Source: Eubacterium sp.
GTDB taxonomy: Bacteria > Bacillota > Clostridia > Lachnospirales > Lachnospiraceae
Assembly: GCA_024681495.1 (NCBI GenBank)
Contig: JAILAS010000147.1
Coordinates: 1 to 39,558, forward strand
DNA: 39,558 nucleotides
Direction: 5' to 3'
Position numbers and translations under genes: made by a program. The notes beneath the pieces were generated by a model that worked only from the letters and a program-made list of their open reading frames with translations, made no database searches and was not told where the DNA came from. Positions 17,654 to 27,653 of this stretch are shown piece by piece; position 1 is the first letter of the stretch; each line of letters opens with the position of its first letter.

Positions 17654-19252
17654 TTACTCAGAAAAATACTCGTCGAAAATCTCCTCTGCGACGGGCACGG
17701 CGTACTTGCTTCCCGAGCCGGAATCCTCGACTATCACGGCGATTGCAAGGTCCTCGTATCCTTCCTTGGACGCGAATCCGACGAACCACGCGTGGGTGGA
17801 ATCGTCGCTGTCCGAATACTCCGCGGAGCCAGTCTTTCCGTATGCCTTATACGACTTGCCGGACAGGTCCGAGCCCGTGCCGTCGGTCACCACCTTGCGC
17901 ATGTACTTCTTTATCGTCTCGGCGTCCTTCTCCGTAAACAGCGAACCGTACTCCTCACTCTCGAACGTCTTTACGTTCACGCCCTCGTCGTTGTCAATGG
18001 ACGAGAGCACGTAAGGGCTCATGAGAACTCCTCCGTTGTCGATGGCACAGGCGACGAGCGCCATGTGGTACGGGGTAACCAGCGTCTCTCCCTGTCCTAT
18101 AGCCGTGTGCATTATCTCATCGTCGGTGGAATCCGAGTCCAGGGCGAAGCTGCTCTTCGAATACGAGAACACGCACGGGAGCGAGCTGTTGAAGAGCGCG
18201 CCCTCCACCAGGTCAGTGAAGTCGGATATGTCCAGCCCCAGCCCGATGGTCGCAAAGGCGCCGTTGCACGACTTGGCGAAGGCCTGCTTGAGCGACAATG
18301 TGCCGTGCACGGAGTTTTTATAGCAGTGAATGGTTATGCTGTCCCCAGCCACGGAACCGTCGCAGACGAACGAGTAGTCCGAGTCGTCGTAATCGTTTTC
18401 CCTGAGGTACTCGAGCGCCGTAAAGATCTTAAACGTGGATCCCGGCGGATACAGGCCCTGAGTGGCCCTGTTGAGCAGCACAGACTCGTCGTCCGAGTCC
18501 TCCACGTAGTCGTCGTAGTTCTCCTCGAGCGTGTTGGGGTCGAACGAGGGCTTCGAGACCATGGCGACAATCTCGCCGGTCGAAGGTCTTATGGCCACCA
18601 CAGCTCCGTCGTAGTCCCCGAGGGCATCGTACGCCGTCTGACACAGCGACGCATCCAGGGTCACAGTGGCGTCATCTCCCTCGTTTTTATTACCGGTAAT
18701 CTCGTTCTTAAGGTACTCCAGTATGAACGAATGCGACCTTAGCATATAGATGTTTGCGAGAGACTCTATGCCGCTAAGGCCCTCGGTCGTATATCCAACC
18801 GCATGTGCCAGCGCCTCTCCGTACGGATAGACCCTCGTCTCATTCCCGTCGGAGTCGGTCTTCGTATAGGCCAGAACCTCCCCGTCCGAGGAGATGATGT
18901 CGCCTCTCACGACCCTCTGCGAGTAAACGTCGGCGCGCTTGTTGTACGCATTGTTTATCACTTCCTCGCTGTCGGCATAGACGAACCAGGAAAAATACCC
19001 TATCATAACCAGGAACAATGCGAGGAAGGCGTAGGTCACTGCAGCAAACTCACGGTTTCTGACCGTCTTCTTAGCTCCCCCTGCTCCGCCCGCGGCGTTC
19101 TTCCTCTTTCTTCTGTCGACCTCGTCCTGTATGAGATCCAGATCGAGAACGGGCTCCTCGTACAGATTGTCCTTCTTAGAGGCGCGAGTTTGCTTTGTCT
19201 CGTTTTGACTGTTTTTTCTGTTCTTTTTGTTCTTTTCGTTCAATATACTCAT
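17654..19252 (-). CDS. class B penicillin-binding protein (peptidoglycan D,D-transpeptidase, FtsI/PBP2 family)
   Basis: Motifs STFK, SCN and KTG are present, with an N-terminal TM anchor. ATG at 19252 lies 7 nt after AAGGAG. Confidence 0.9.
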   Translation of the reverse strand: MSILNEKNKKNRKNSQNETKQTRASKKDNLYEEPVLDLDLIQDEVDRRKRKNAAGGAGGAKKTVRNREFAAVTYAFLALFLVMIGYFSWFVYADSEEVINNAYNKRADVYSQRVVRGDIISSDGEVLAYTKTDSDGNETRVYPYGEALAHAVGYTTEGLSGIESLANIYMLRSHSFILEYLKNEITGNKNEGDDATVTLDASLCQTAYDALGDYDGAVVAIRPSTGEIVAMVSKPSFDPNTLEENYDDYVEDSDDESVLLNRATQGLYPPGSTFKIFTALEYLRENDYDDSDYSFVCDGSVAGDSITIHCYKNSVHGTLSLKQAFAKSCNGAFATIGLGLDISDFTDLVEGALFNSSLPCVFSYSKSSFALDSDSTDDEIMHTAIGQGETLVTPYHMALVACAIDNGGVLMSPYVLSSIDNDEGVNVKTFESEEYGSLFTEKDAETIKKYMRKVVTDGTGSDLSGKSYKAYGKTGSAEYSDSDDSTHAWFVGFASKEGYEDLAIAVIVEDSGSGSKYAVPVAEEIFDEYFSE

Positions 19253-20549
19253 TTTCGGTCTCCTTGAACATGTAAAGCCCCAGGATGAGACTGAATATCA
19301 CAAATGTCGAAAGCAGCGAGCTTCCTCCGTAGCTGACCAGGGGGAGCGTGACTCCGGTGGAAGGAATGAACTTAGTGACTCCTCCAATCATCAAAAACAC
19401 CTGCACGATGTAGGTCACGCCGAGCCCGAGCGCCACGAGCTTATAAAACTTGGTCCTTATCTGCATCGCAATGTTCAAAAACAGGAAGAAGCATCCCACG
19501 CAGACGATAATGAGGCAGATGGCGAATATGCATCCGAGCTCCTCCGCAATGGCCGAGAATATAAAATCTTCCTCCACTACGGGAACGGACTCCGGATAGC
19601 CCAGGTAGAGTCCGGACCCAAACCATCCGCCGGAACCAATGGCGAACAGGGACTGTGAAACCTGGTAGCCCGCACCGTCGATCACGGCGAAGGGATCCTT
19701 CCAGGCTATAACCCTGGTCCGAACGTGCGAGAACAGGAAGTACGAAGCCACCGCTCCCACGCCTCCCGCGCCGAATCCGGCGAGCAGGTAGAGTACGTTG
19801 TGGGAAGCCACGTACAGCACGACCAGGTAGACCACGAAAAAGATGAGCGCAGCTCCGAGATCCTTGGACGCCACGAGCACGAGAACGTGAGCCGCGGCCA
19901 CAAATGACACCTTCACCACGTTCTTAAACGAGGTGTCGGTCTTAAGCGCGCTGGCCAGGTAGAACACGAATACAATCTTGACGAACTCCGACAGCTGAAC
20001 CGAAAACCCGCCCAGTGAAATGCTGAGCTTGGCCCCATAACTCACAGCGCCCAAAACGGCCACGACGCACAGCGCCAGTATGCCGCCGGCCGCATACAGT
20101 ATCCTGAACCTGTCGAAGACGGTGACCTTCTTTATAATCACCGGGATAAATATGGTTATTACCGTGGAAAGCGCGGCGACCGCCAATTGCTTAACCGCCA
20201 GTGAAAAGTCGAGCCTCACCAGCATGATAAATCCGATGGAAAGCAGCATACACATGTGGTTTATTACCACTTTCGGCGCGTCCTCGTAGAAAATCCAGTA
20301 GTTGACGAGGATAAACACAAACAGCGCCTCTTGCGCCAGAAAGAAAAACAACACCGAGACATCCTGCGTGTAGACAAATGCGTCGATTGCCCCCATCACC
20401 TGGATGAAGAAGATTATGTAGCGCTGCACAATCGCGGTGTGATTTCTCTCCATAGGATCCTTCTTCAACGCGAAAAAGCTAAGGAGCGTATACACCGCAA
20501 ACAATATGATCATCAGATATTTGGAAACTTCCAAAATGATAGTTACCAT
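19176..20549 (-). CDS. SEDS-family peptidoglycan glycosyltransferase (FtsW/RodA/SpoVE)
   Basis: A polytopic membrane protein with the EEDFIFSAIAEELG SEDS signature, paired with the downstream class B PBP. Confidence 0.9.
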   Translation of the reverse strand: MVTIILEVSKYLMIILFAVYTLLSFFALKKDPMERNHTAIVQRYIIFFIQVMGAIDAFVYTQDVSVLFFFLAQEALFVFILVNYWIFYEDAPKVVINHMCMLLSIGFIMLVRLDFSLAVKQLAVAALSTVITIFIPVIIKKVTVFDRFRILYAAGGILALCVVAVLGAVSYGAKLSISLGGFSVQLSEFVKIVFVFYLASALKTDTSFKNVVKVSFVAAAHVLVLVASKDLGAALIFFVVYLVVLYVASHNVLYLLAGFGAGGVGAVASYFLFSHVRTRVIAWKDPFAVIDGAGYQVSQSLFAIGSGGWFGSGLYLGYPESVPVVEEDFIFSAIAEELGCIFAICLIIVCVGCFFLFLNIAMQIRTKFYKLVALGLGVTYIVQVFLMIGGVTKFIPSTGVTLPLVSYGGSSLLSTFVIFSLILGLYMFKETENEYIERKEQKEQKKQSKRDKANSRL

Positions 20550-22715
20550 CTAGTCAATACCCTTCATAAAATGTCCGTATGTAAATTCTCCGGATATCCC
20601 GACTTCGTTCCCGAGGACGAAGGCCTCGTGGTACATCCCGAGAATCTCAGCCATCTCCTCCCCGCTCTCGAAGGTAAAGTCCATCCTGAGCCCGTAGGGA
20701 CGTAGTCCCAGTACCTTATCGCTCTTACCAAATAGCATGGTCGGAACGCTGTTATATATCCTGTTCACACATATGTCGCAGTTTCTGAGGACCCTGAAGT
20801 CCTTCTTAAACCTGTCGGTGAGCGTAACCTCTCCGGCACTGCCCTTCATGCAGCGCCCCTCGGAATTACGCCTCACGCACTGCGCCGAGGTCATAAGCGG
20901 GCAATATCCATACACCGTAACCAGCGCATCGCCCATACCCCTGCGGGAGAGCTCTCTGCCCGTGAGCTCGTAGGGCGCAGTACAGACCTCGACCCCCAGG
21001 TCGTGATAGAACCCGGACGACTCGCCGTTCCAAGAGTAGAGCCCCGCGTCGGCGACAATGCGGGGACCGCCCGGTTTATCGAACTCCCGGATAAGCCCCA
21101 GCTGGTCGAACGCCCTGAGAACGACATAGTCGAACCCGCCCTCCATTATATCACTTATCACGGAGCCATATCCTTCCGCCACATCCTGCCTGAACACGAC
21201 GGGCAGCATGTATGCGCTCCTCTTGCCGGCGCGGCGTATGTCCTCCGCATGCTTTCCAAGATTAAATCCGAATCCGTGACAGTCGAGCGCAATCACGTCG
21301 ACGTCGGAATTGCCGAGCGCCACGCCCAGCTGATCGAAGCTCCTCACGCTAACCCACAGCCCCGTATCACCCGAGGCATCCGGAACGCGGGCCAACCTCT
21401 CTTTTGCCCTCACCGCATCGTCCCGTCTGAACGGACGGAGCATCTTATCGCTGAGCGCTTCGCAGGCCTCTCTTCTGACCGCGTTAAGCTCCCCTACGCG
21501 GACGAAGCTGTGATCGTCAGCCGAGACCCTCACATCGCCAGGACAAAAGCACGTATTGCCAAGCTTCTTAAGCTTATCCGAAATGTTTTCTGCGGTGACA
21601 GGCGCCTTGACGGCCTCCGTCACCTCTCCGGTCTCAAGAGTCACGGAATGCTCGCCGCACCGGTACGTCACCCTTCCGGGCGCGCCCTTCCTGAACTCTC
21701 CCTCTATATCCACCGGAAGCTTAAGGCTCTCCTCCGACGCATCGAATATGAAGTCCGTTTCCTCCACCGTATGGGACGGCGAGTCGAACGACACCATGCC
21801 GCCCGGCGACGCGTCGAAATACCCGTTGGTAAATCCGGACCTGTCTCCGAACGACCTGAGCACCCGCGTGAGCTCGTCGGCATCGATGCCGCCGCCCGAG
21901 GCGATCATATCGAGGGCCTCTCTGTAGACGCGGGTCACATTGGCGGCGTAGGCGCCCTTTTTCACGCGCCCCTCTATCTTAAGAGTGTCCACGCCTATGT
22001 CGCAGAGCTCCTCCAGCGACGCTATGCCGCACAGGTCCTTAAGGCTGAGAGGGTATCCGCCGGCAATGCGGTCCCCCTCCACAGCAGCCTCGAAAGGAAG
22101 CCTGCAGGTGCCCGCGCAACGTCCTCTGTTGCCGGAGCGCCCGCCTATCATCGAGCTCATCAGGCACTGCCCCGAGAAGGAATAACAAAGCGCGCCGTGG
22201 ATGAAGCACTCAAGTTTTATGTCAACCTCGTCGCGTATCCTGCGGATCTCGTCCAGGCTAAGCTCCCTGGGCAAAACCACCTGCTCGAAGCCGAGCTCCT
22301 CCAAAAGACGCGCCCCGGTCGAGCTGTACACGCTCATCTGCGTACTGCCGTGGATGGGAAGCTTGGGGAAGCACCTCTTCATGAGACGCACAGCTCCCAC
22401 GTCCTGAACGATGCAGCCGTCCAGTCCGCGTTCGTACAAAGGGGCGAGAAACTCCATCACACGCCCGAGCTCCTCTTCCTTGAACAACGTGTTCACCGTC
22501 AAATAGAACCTTTTTCCGAGCACATGGCAAAGGTCTATGGCATCGAGCAGCTCGTCATCGGTGAAATTGGTCGCGAAGGACCTGGCGCCGAATTGCTCCC
22601 CGGCCCCGTAAACGCAGTCCGCCCCCGCCATCAGACAGGACTTCATGACCTCGAATGACCCGGCAGGCGAAAGAAGCTCGGGTATTTTTGATTTCACATT
22701 TTTTCTGTCATCCAT
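20550..22715 (-). CDS. U32-family peptidase-like protein, long form with C-terminal extension
   Basis: PELLSPAGS N-terminus and Cys-rich U32 core (GNRGRCAGTCR). The start was set to the ATG at 22715; the track start at 22721 is a TTG. No good SD precedes either. Confidence 0.8.
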   Translation of the reverse strand: MDDRKNVKSKIPELLSPAGSFEVMKSCLMAGADCVYGAGEQFGARSFATNFTDDELLDAIDLCHVLGKRFYLTVNTLFKEEELGRVMEFLAPLYERGLDGCIVQDVGAVRLMKRCFPKLPIHGSTQMSVYSSTGARLLEELGFEQVVLPRELSLDEIRRIRDEVDIKLECFIHGALCYSFSGQCLMSSMIGGRSGNRGRCAGTCRLPFEAAVEGDRIAGGYPLSLKDLCGIASLEELCDIGVDTLKIEGRVKKGAYAANVTRVYREALDMIASGGGIDADELTRVLRSFGDRSGFTNGYFDASPGGMVSFDSPSHTVEETDFIFDASEESLKLPVDIEGEFRKGAPGRVTYRCGEHSVTLETGEVTEAVKAPVTAENISDKLKKLGNTCFCPGDVRVSADDHSFVRVGELNAVRREACEALSDKMLRPFRRDDAVRAKERLARVPDASGDTGLWVSVRSFDQLGVALGNSDVDVIALDCHGFGFNLGKHAEDIRRAGKRSAYMLPVVFRQDVAEGYGSVISDIMEGGFDYVVLRAFDQLGLIREFDKPGGPRIVADAGLYSWNGESSGFYHDLGVEVCTAPYELTGRELSRRGMGDALVTVYGYCPLMTSAQCVRRNSEGRCMKGSAGEVTLTDRFKKDFRVLRNCDICVNRIYNSVPTMLFGKSDKVLGLRPYGLRMDFTFESGEEMAEILGMYHEAFVLGNEVGISGEFTYGHFMKGID

Positions 22716-22718
22716 AAG

Positions 22719-22750
22719 CAAAAAGATGAGGCGCTTAGCGACGCCTCATC
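22719..22750 (-). terminator. rho-independent terminator after zapA
   Basis: Minus-strand RNA reads GAUGAGGCG-UCGCUAAG-CGCCUCAUC, followed by UUUUUGCUUAUG. The U-tract runs into the U32 start codon. Confidence 0.6.
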
Positions 22751-22764
22751 CCCATCCTGAATTT

Positions 22765-23229
22765 CTATTTTTTCTTACCCTTCTTAGAACCCGACGAGGA
22801 ACCGGAATCTTCGTCTTTACCGGAGGCATTAGCGCTCTCCACTCTCTCGAGGAGTCTGGCGTTTTCTATGGTAAGCTCTTTATTATCTTCCTGAAGGCGG
22901 GCAATGGTCTTCTCAAGGCTCTCCGTCTTCATCTGAATGGTAACCATGTCATGGCGAAGGTCGTAGAGCTCCTTCTCCTTCTCCTGAAGGTCCACGTCGA
23001 GGTTATCGGCGGTCTTCTTCGTCTTGAAATAGCTGTCGGCAAGGTTGAGCTCAATGAGCACGGCCTTCATGTCCGCCGGCATCCGCCTGTTCGCCTCAAC
23101 CTCATCAAGCTCCGAAATCTTGGAATTAATGAAGGATGCGACTCTCTGAAGATATTCCTCACTCTCGAAACCGGCAAGCTCGTAGATCTTACCGCCTATA
23201 AGTACTTCAACACTGGTCTTATTCGACAT
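22765..23229 (-). CDS. zapA: cell division protein ZapA
   Basis: VEVLIGGKIYELAG N-terminal ZapA fold pattern, then a coiled coil. GGAGGG lies 6 nt upstream. Confidence 0.8.
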   Translation of the reverse strand: MSNKTSVEVLIGGKIYELAGFESEEYLQRVASFINSKISELDEVEANRRMPADMKAVLIELNLADSYFKTKKTADNLDVDLQEKEKELYDLRHDMVTIQMKTESLEKTIARLQEDNKELTIENARLLERVESANASGKDEDSGSSSGSKKGKKK

Positions 23230-23283
23230 TGCCGTCCCTCCGGGACAATCGTCCCGATAAACTAACTAAAACGCTACCTTACA

Positions 23284-23313
23284 ACTATACCACAAAGGCA
23301 GGGCCTATCTCAA
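23284..23313 (-). promoter_or_regulatory. extended -10 promoter for zapA
   Basis: The minus strand reads TTGAGA-N18-(TGG)TATAGT, about 55 nt upstream of the zapA ATG. Confidence 0.45.
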
Positions 23314-23342
23314 CACTTAAAACTATCTATACTCCCCGTTTT

Positions 23343-24347
23343 TCAAGATTCGCGGGGCTTTTCCAAACCAAAATGCTCGTAGGCCGCGTCTCCCACTACG
23401 CGTCCTCTCGGTGTCCTCTTCAGGAAGCCGTTCTGAAGGAGATACGGCTCGTAAACATCCTCTATGGTGCCGGCATCCTCCCCTATGGAGGCGCCCACCG
23501 CCTCGAGACCCACGGGGCCTCCGGAGAACTGTTCAATCATGCACATGAGGAGCTTACGGTCATTCGCGTCGAGCCCCATCTTGTCCACTCCCAGGATATC
23601 GAGCGCCGTATTCGCCACCTCCTCGGTGATAACGCCGTCGTAGCGAACCTGCGCAAAGTCTCGTACTCTCTTAAGGAGCCTGTTCGCAAGTCTGGGCGTG
23701 CCCCTCGAACGAAGGGCCATGTGCCTGGCGCCTGCGGGGTCTATCTCCACCCCGAGCTTGGCGGCCGAAGTAGTGATTATGGACTCCAGCTCTTCGGGGG
23801 TGTAGTACTCCAGGTGGCTGACCACGCCGAAGCGATCCCTGAGCGGCGCGGAGAGTAGCCCCGCCCTGGTGGTAGCCCCAACCAGCGTGAATCCCGGAAG
23901 GTCGAGCCTGATCGAACGGGCCGACGTACCCTTGCCTATCATGATGTCGATGGAGTAGTCCTCCATCGCCGGGTACAGCACCTCCTCCACCTGGCGGTTA
24001 AGCCTGTGGATCTCGTCGATGAAGAGGACGTCGTTTTCTTTTAGATTGTTCAATATGGAGGCGAGCTCGCCGGGGCGCATGATGGCCGGTCCGCTGGTGA
24101 CCTTGATATTGACGCCCAGCTCGTTGGCGATTATGCCGGCCAGGGTGGTCTTCCCCAGTCCCGGAGGCCCGTACAAAAGCACGTGATCGAGGGGCTCCTT
24201 CCTCTTGACGGCGGCCTCGATGTACACCTTCATGTTGTCCTTGACCTTCCTCTGTCCAATGTAATCGTCCAGAGACTTCGGGCGTAACGAGGTCTCAATG
24301 GCCTCGTCCTCTTCCACGGCCTTGGTTGTTATAATGCGTCTTTCCAT
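23343..24347 (-). CDS. ruvB: Holliday junction branch migration helicase RuvB
   Basis: Walker [12 protein letters not shown] and AAA+ motifs. The start was set to the ATG at 24347 (MERRIITT). Confidence 0.95.
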   Translation of the reverse strand: MERRIITTKAVEEDEAIETSLRPKSLDDYIGQRKVKDNMKVYIEAAVKRKEPLDHVLLYGPPGLGKTTLAGIIANELGVNIKVTSGPAIMRPGELASILNNLKENDVLFIDEIHRLNRQVEEVLYPAMEDYSIDIMIGKGTSARSIRLDLPGFTLVGATTRAGLLSAPLRDRFGVVSHLEYYTPEELESIITTSAAKLGVEIDPAGARHMALRSRGTPRLANRLLKRVRDFAQVRYDGVITEEVANTALDILGVDKMGLDANDRKLLMCMIEQFSGGPVGLEAVGASIGEDAGTIEDVYEPYLLQNGFLKRTPRGRVVGDAAYEHFGLEKPRES

Positions 24348-24366
24348 GGATTTCCTTTCATACTCC

Positions 24367-24972
24367 CTAGAGTTCCTTAAGGGCGGCCTTGATAATCTCC
24401 TCAACGTCCATATCAGGGGTTATGTCAACCTTCCTCAATGCGGCCGTAACCTCGGCCTTCCCGTATCCGAGGGCGTTCAGGGCCAAAATGGCATCCGTCC
24501 TTGCGGAGCTTTCGCCTGCAGGCGCGCCATCCGTTTCTCCTCCGTCGAACGCCTTCTGGAAAGTGTCCTCGATGTCCAGCTTGTCCTTTAGCTCGATGAT
24601 GACCTTCTGCGCCGTCTTCCTGCCGATGCCGGGCGCTTTGGAAATGGCCGTGGCATCGTCCGACAATACGGCGAAGCTAAGGTCCTGTGCATCCAGTACA
24701 GAAAGGATGCTCATGGCGCCCTTGGGTCCCACGCCGGAAACGCCGATCAGGAGCTTAAATATCCTGATCTCCTCCGGATCCAGGAATCCGAACAGCTCCT
24801 GTGCGTCCTCCCTCACGTTGAAATATGTGTAAAACTTTACCTCATCTCCCATGGACGGCGCTCCGGATTTGGAAAAGACGGCCGTTCGGATGTTGTAACC
24901 AATACCGCCGTTTTCCAAAATGCATCCATCCGTGGAAATATGGGTAATTTTTCCGATGATATATGCGTACAT
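24367..24972 (-). CDS. ruvA: Holliday junction DNA-binding protein RuvA
   Basis: [10 protein letters not shown]-terminus and [12 protein letters not shown] helix-hairpin-helix motif. Confidence 0.95.
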   Translation of the reverse strand: MYAYIIGKITHISTDGCILENGGIGYNIRTAVFSKSGAPSMGDEVKFYTYFNVREDAQELFGFLDPEEIRIFKLLIGVSGVGPKGAMSILSVLDAQDLSFAVLSDDATAISKAPGIGRKTAQKVIIELKDKLDIEDTFQKAFDGGETDGAPAGESSARTDAILALNALGYGKAEVTAALRKVDITPDMDVEEIIKAALKEL

Positions 24973-24990
24973 CTTACCCCTCCGAAACCA

Positions 24991-26394
24991 TTACTTAAGC
25001 TTACCGAAGTAATAGAAGCCCCTGCACTCGGTGAGCTCCACGTCGACGATCTGCCCTATCAGGGACTCGTCGCCCTCGAGGTGTACGGTGAAGTTATTTG
25101 AGAGCCTGCCTGTGACGAGCCCCGGCTCCCTGTTGGTCTCCTCCACCAGCACCTTCATCGTGCGGCCGGTGAGCCTGCCGGACCTCTCGGTGGCGCGCTC
25201 ATGAACCAGCTCCAGAAGCCTGTCGAACCGCTCGTGCATCACGTCCTCGGAAACCTGCTTCTCCATGGTGGCAGCGGGTGTGCCCGTCCTCTTCGAGTAG
25301 AGGAATGTGAAAGCCGAATCGAATCCGACGCGATCCACCACATCCAGGGTCTCTGCGAAGTCCTCCTCCGTCTCGCCCGGGAATCCGACTATAATGTCGG
25401 TGGTAAGCGAAATGTCGGGCATGGCCTCCCTTATCTTTCCCGCCAGCTCCAGATATGACTCCTTGGTGTAGCGGCGGTTCATCTTCCTTAAAATCTCCGT
25501 GCTGCCGGACTGCAGCGGCAGATGAAGATGGTCGCAGATCTTCTCCGATGAAGCCATGGTCTCAATAAGCTCGTCGGAAAGGTCCTTCGGATGCGACGTC
25601 ATAAAGCGGATCCTCTCGATTCCGTCGATCTCCTCCGCCCTGCGAAGAAGCGACGCGAAGGACACGGGTTCATCCAGTGTCTTCCCGTATGAATTGACGT
25701 TCTGTCCGAGGAGCATTATCTCCTTAACCCCGTCGTCCGAGAGCCTCTTAATCTCCTCGATGATATCCCCGGGCGTGCGCGAATACTCGCGCCCCCTGAC
25801 GTAGGGAACGATGCAGTAGGTGCAGAAGTTATTGCACCCGTACATGATGTTTACGCCGGACTTGAAAACGAACTTGCGCTTCCTGGGAAGATCCTCGATA
25901 AGCCCGGAGTTGTCACCGTCCAGGAGACTTACGGTCATCACATTGTCGTCCAGTGCTTTCTCTGTGAGGGCCGCGAAGTCTGAGATGTTATGCGTTCCGA
26001 AGACCAGGTCCACGAAGGGATAGTTCTTCTTAATCTTCTCCACGACCTCCGGCTGCTGCATCATGCAGCCACAGAGCCCGATTACCATGCCCGGGTTCTT
26101 TTTCTTATAACCGTTCAGTCTGCCGAGCCTGCCGTAGACCTTGAGGTCCGCATTCTCCCTGACGGTGCAGGTGTTGTAGATAACGAAGTCCGCGTCCTCG
26201 GTCTCCGTGTACTCATACCCCATCACCTCGAGGATGCCGCTCAGCTTCTCCGAGTCGTTGGCGTTCATCTGGCAGCCGAAGGTGGTAACGTGATAAGTAA
26301 GAGGACGGGAAAGGCGGGCGGACGCAGCGTCCACCTTTTGCCTCACCCGTCTCATGCTCTCATATTGTATTTCTGAAGCTTTGGAATTCGTCAT
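24991..26394 (-). CDS. miaB: tRNA-2-methylthio-N6-dimethylallyladenosine synthase
   Basis: TFGCQMN motif, radical-SAM CNNFCTYCIVP and a TRAM C-terminus. Confidence 0.93.
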   Translation of the reverse strand: MTNSKASEIQYESMRRVRQKVDAASARLSRPLTYHVTTFGCQMNANDSEKLSGILEVMGYEYTETEDADFVIYNTCTVRENADLKVYGRLGRLNGYKKKNPGMVIGLCGCMMQQPEVVEKIKKNYPFVDLVFGTHNISDFAALTEKALDDNVMTVSLLDGDNSGLIEDLPRKRKFVFKSGVNIMYGCNNFCTYCIVPYVRGREYSRTPGDIIEEIKRLSDDGVKEIMLLGQNVNSYGKTLDEPVSFASLLRRAEEIDGIERIRFMTSHPKDLSDELIETMASSEKICDHLHLPLQSGSTEILRKMNRRYTKESYLELAGKIREAMPDISLTTDIIVGFPGETEEDFAETLDVVDRVGFDSAFTFLYSKRTGTPAATMEKQVSEDVMHERFDRLLELVHERATERSGRLTGRTMKVLVEETNREPGLVTGRLSNNFTVHLEGDESLIGQIVDVELTECRGFYYFGKLK

Positions 26395-26396
26395 AT

Positions 26397-27641
26397 CTAT
26401 CTAATCTGACCGTTGCCCATGATGACATACTTGGTCGTGGTAATCTCCTTAAGTCCCATGGGGCCTCGCGCATGAAGCTTCTGGGTGCTGATGCCGATCT
26501 CGGCCCCGAATCCGAACTCGTTTCCGTCGGTAAACCTGGTGGATGCATTTACATAGACGCAGGCCGCGTCCACCTCGTTGAGGAACCTGTTGGCGTTGTT
26601 GTAATCGGACGTAACGATGGACTCGGAATGCCCGGTGTTGTACCTGTTTATGTGCTCGATGGCCTCGTCGATGGATGAAACCGTCTTTGCGGAGAGGATG
26701 TAATCGAGGTACTCCGTGCCCCAGTCATCGTCGCCTGCGGCGACAATTCCGTCCACACTCTTTCGTACGCTCTCATCGCCCCTTATCTCCACGTTCTTCT
26801 CGTCGAGCCTCTTCTTAAGGGCGGGCATGAGCTCATCCACCACATCCTTGTGGATGACAATGGACTCGCACGCGTTGCACACGCCTATTCTCTGGGTCTT
26901 GGCATTGAAAATTATGTCAACCGCCATGTCAAGGTCCGCCGATGCATCCACGTAAACGTGGCAGTTACCGGTTCCGGTCTCGATGACGGGTATCCTCGAG
27001 TTTTCGACCACGTTCCTGATGAGTCCCGCGCCGCCCCTGGGTATGAGGAGATCCACATACTCCTTGAGCTGCATGAACTCCAGAAGACTCTCCCTGTCGA
27101 CGTCGAGGAGCACCTGGCAGCAGTCCTCGGGAAGACCCTGCTCACTGAGCGCCTGCCTTATCAGCTTCACGATGGCCTCTGCGGAATACCTGGCGTCGGT
27201 ACCCGACCTGAGGATGCAGACGTTTCCGGACTTAAAGCAAAGTCCGAATGCATCCGTGGTAACATTGGGCCTCGCCTCATATATGATACCGATAACGCCC
27301 ATGGGCACCCTCATCCTGCCGATTTTAAGGCCGTTGGGCCTTACCGTTACTGACTCCATGGATCCGATGGGATCGTCGAGCGCGGCCACCTCTCTTAGGC
27401 CGTCGGCCATACCCTTTATCCTGTCCGTGTCGAGCAGGAGCCTGTCGACCAGCCCGGCGGGCATATTGTTCTTCTTACCGTTCTCCACATCGATGGCGTT
27501 AGCCTCAATTATGGCAGCAGACTCTCTCTCGAGAAGATCCGCCAGCGCATGGAGCAATTCGTTCTTCTGCGCGGTGGTAACCCTGGCCATGCTGACCGTA
27601 GCGGCCTTGGCCCTCTTTCCTACCTCTCTGAAATCTGTCAT
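26397..27641 (-). CDS. proA: glutamate-5-semialdehyde dehydrogenase
   Basis: EARPNVTTD, KSGNVCILRSG and the catalytic region GVCNACES. GGAGG lies 6 nt upstream. Confidence 0.95.
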   Translation of the reverse strand: MTDFREVGKRAKAATVSMARVTTAQKNELLHALADLLERESAAIIEANAIDVENGKKNNMPAGLVDRLLLDTDRIKGMADGLREVAALDDPIGSMESVTVRPNGLKIGRMRVPMGVIGIIYEARPNVTTDAFGLCFKSGNVCILRSGTDARYSAEAIVKLIRQALSEQGLPEDCCQVLLDVDRESLLEFMQLKEYVDLLIPRGGAGLIRNVVENSRIPVIETGTGNCHVYVDASADLDMAVDIIFNAKTQRIGVCNACESIVIHKDVVDELMPALKKRLDEKNVEIRGDESVRKSVDGIVAAGDDDWGTEYLDYILSAKTVSSIDEAIEHINRYNTGHSESIVTSDYNNANRFLNEVDAACVYVNASTRFTDGNEFGFGAEIGISTQKLHARGPMGLKEITTTKYVIMGNGQIR

Positions 27642-27653
27642 CTTAAGCCTCCG

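Noticed and set aside
23240-23256. A small hairpin, CGGGAC-GAUU-GUCCCG, abutting the zapA Shine-Dalgarno sequence.
   Set aside because: It has only 6 bp and barely touches the RBS. That is too little to argue for translational control.
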